A DNA stretch of 64,000 nt from the NCBI GenBank assembly GCA_964450435.1, contig CAYVCX010000002.1:43760-107759 (forward strand), in the 5' to 3' direction. A program made the position numbers and the translations under genes. Source of the DNA: an uncultured Anaerolineales bacterium. Its GTDB lineage: Bacteria > Chloroflexota > Anaerolineae > B4-G1. This document shows, in pieces, positions 63,302 to 64,000 of the stretch. Every line of letters starts with the position of its first letter. The first letter of the stretch is position 1. The notes below the pieces were generated by a model, which was not told the DNA's origin, did not search any database, and worked only from the letters and a program-made list of their open reading frames with translations.

Positions 63302-64000
63302 GTGATCACCAGGGATGAGCTCCAGCGTAGAGCAGCTAGGGCGGGTGTCAGGGTTCAGATCCAGGAACGCGACTACGCCCTGGGCTGGTTCTTGCTGGGA
63401 CTCACCCGGGCACCAATCGTGCGGCCGATCCTGGCCTTCAAGGGTGGAACGGCTCTGCGCAAGATGTACTTCCCCGACTTTCGCTTCTCTGAGGAATTGG
63501 ATTTCACGCTTGTGGCGTCGACAGATGAAGATGATCTGCGAGCCGGCATTGCCCTTGTGACGCGACAGGTTGAGCGAATGTCAGGTTTGCAGATGCGGAT
63601 CGCCAGGTGGTCAGTGAAGCGGGATATCGCTGATGAAGAAGCCTATCAAGCGCGGGTGGCCTACCTCGGGCCTTATGGCCAAACCACATCTCCGCTTCGC
63701 ATCCGATTGGATCTGACGCGCTATGAGCGGCTGGTGCTCCCAACCAAACCCATGGCGGTGACACACCCGTATTCCGATGCGCCAGCCGACGCTTGCTGTG
63801 TGTCGACCTATCCTCTGGAGGAGATGCTGGCGGAGAAGCTCCGTGCTCTGCTCAGGCGGGCCTATCCGCGCGATGTCTTTGACGTCTGGTATCTGCTCAA
63901 GCACCATCGAGAACAACTGAATCACGGTGACCTTCTACGGGAGCTGGAGGAGAAATGCCGCTACAAGGGATATGCTATCTCCTCACCTGACGACTTCCTG
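63302..64000 (+). CDS. abiEii: AbiEii/AbiGii-family nucleotidyltransferase toxin (DUF1814), 3'-truncated at window end
   Basis: A frame-2 ORF from the GTG at 63302 that is open to the window end and not in the supplied ORF list. The translation contains ILAFKGGTALRKMYFPDFRFSEELDF, typical of DUF1814 toxins. It starts 4 nt after the abiEi stop. Confidence 0.7.
   Translation, partial: MITRDELQRRAARAGVRVQIQERDYALGWFLLGLTRAPIVRPILAFKGGTALRKMYFPDFRFSEELDFTLVASTDEDDLRAGIALVTRQVERMSGLQMRIARWSVKRDIADEEAYQARVAYLGPYGQTTSPLRIRLDLTRYERLVLPTKPMAVTHPYSDAPADACCVSTYPLEEMLAEKLRALLRRAYPRDVFDVWYLLKHHREQLNHGDLLRELEEKCRYKGYAISSPDDFL

Noticed and set aside
1-64000. Search for CRISPR arrays, rRNA and tRNA genes
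   Set aside because: No regularly spaced direct repeats and no rRNA-like conserved blocks were seen. All intergenic regions are short (under 420 bp) and none shows a tRNA-like cloverleaf signature by eye, although I cannot run a tRNA scanner.

Overview
This is a high-GC (about 63-66%), densely packed, almost entirely plus-strand locus. Its gene content is that of an anaerobe with a Wood-Ljungdahl (reductive acetyl-CoA) metabolism. All annotations below are by eye from the six-frame translations; no database search or alignment was possible.

Reading 5' to 3':
- 1-7.2 kb: a CFeSP / methyl-branch module, acsD (5'-truncated), acsC, RACo, cooC, acsE, folD.
- 7.3-31.4 kb: a very large array of heterodisulfide-reductase-like genes (hdrC/hdrB pairs, hdrD-like fusions, eight HdrA-like modules including 1022, 1048 and 1501 aa tandem fusions, five mvhD paralogs). 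An FrhB/FdhB-like protein and an SdhB/SdhA-like pair are embedded in it.
- 31.8-38.0 kb: two metV-metF pairs, an hdrC-B fusion, a CBS/ACT protein and a second cooC.
- 38.0-45.0 kb: a secreted C39-like peptidase, an unknown protein, class I fumarase (alpha and beta) and a four-subunit 2-oxoacid:ferredoxin oxidoreductase (korDABC).
- 45.0-54.0 kb: a further hdr/mvhD block ending in an HdrA-MvhD fusion.
- 54.2-58.0 kb: a class III aminotransferase and a NiFe hydrogenase small/large subunit pair.
- 58.2-64.0 kb: a membrane protein, a small CBM48-like protein, an MFS transporter, a minus-strand replication-initiator-like gene carrying iteron-like repeats, and an AbiEi/AbiEii module truncated at the window end.

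The most notable observations:
- Two in-frame TGA codons sit exactly at conserved cysteine positions, one in an HdrA-MvhD fusion (52018) and one in an MvhD paralog (31101). Each is followed by a SECIS-like hairpin, suggesting selenocysteine.
- A 1501 aa HdrA / GltD-like NAD(P)H domain / HdrA fusion, which looks like a candidate NAD(P)H-linked flavin-based electron-bifurcating module.
- Split and tandem HdrA pseudo-dimers in which the second half has lost the Cys-rich FAD-site motif.

No rRNA, tRNA or CRISPR array was recognised.
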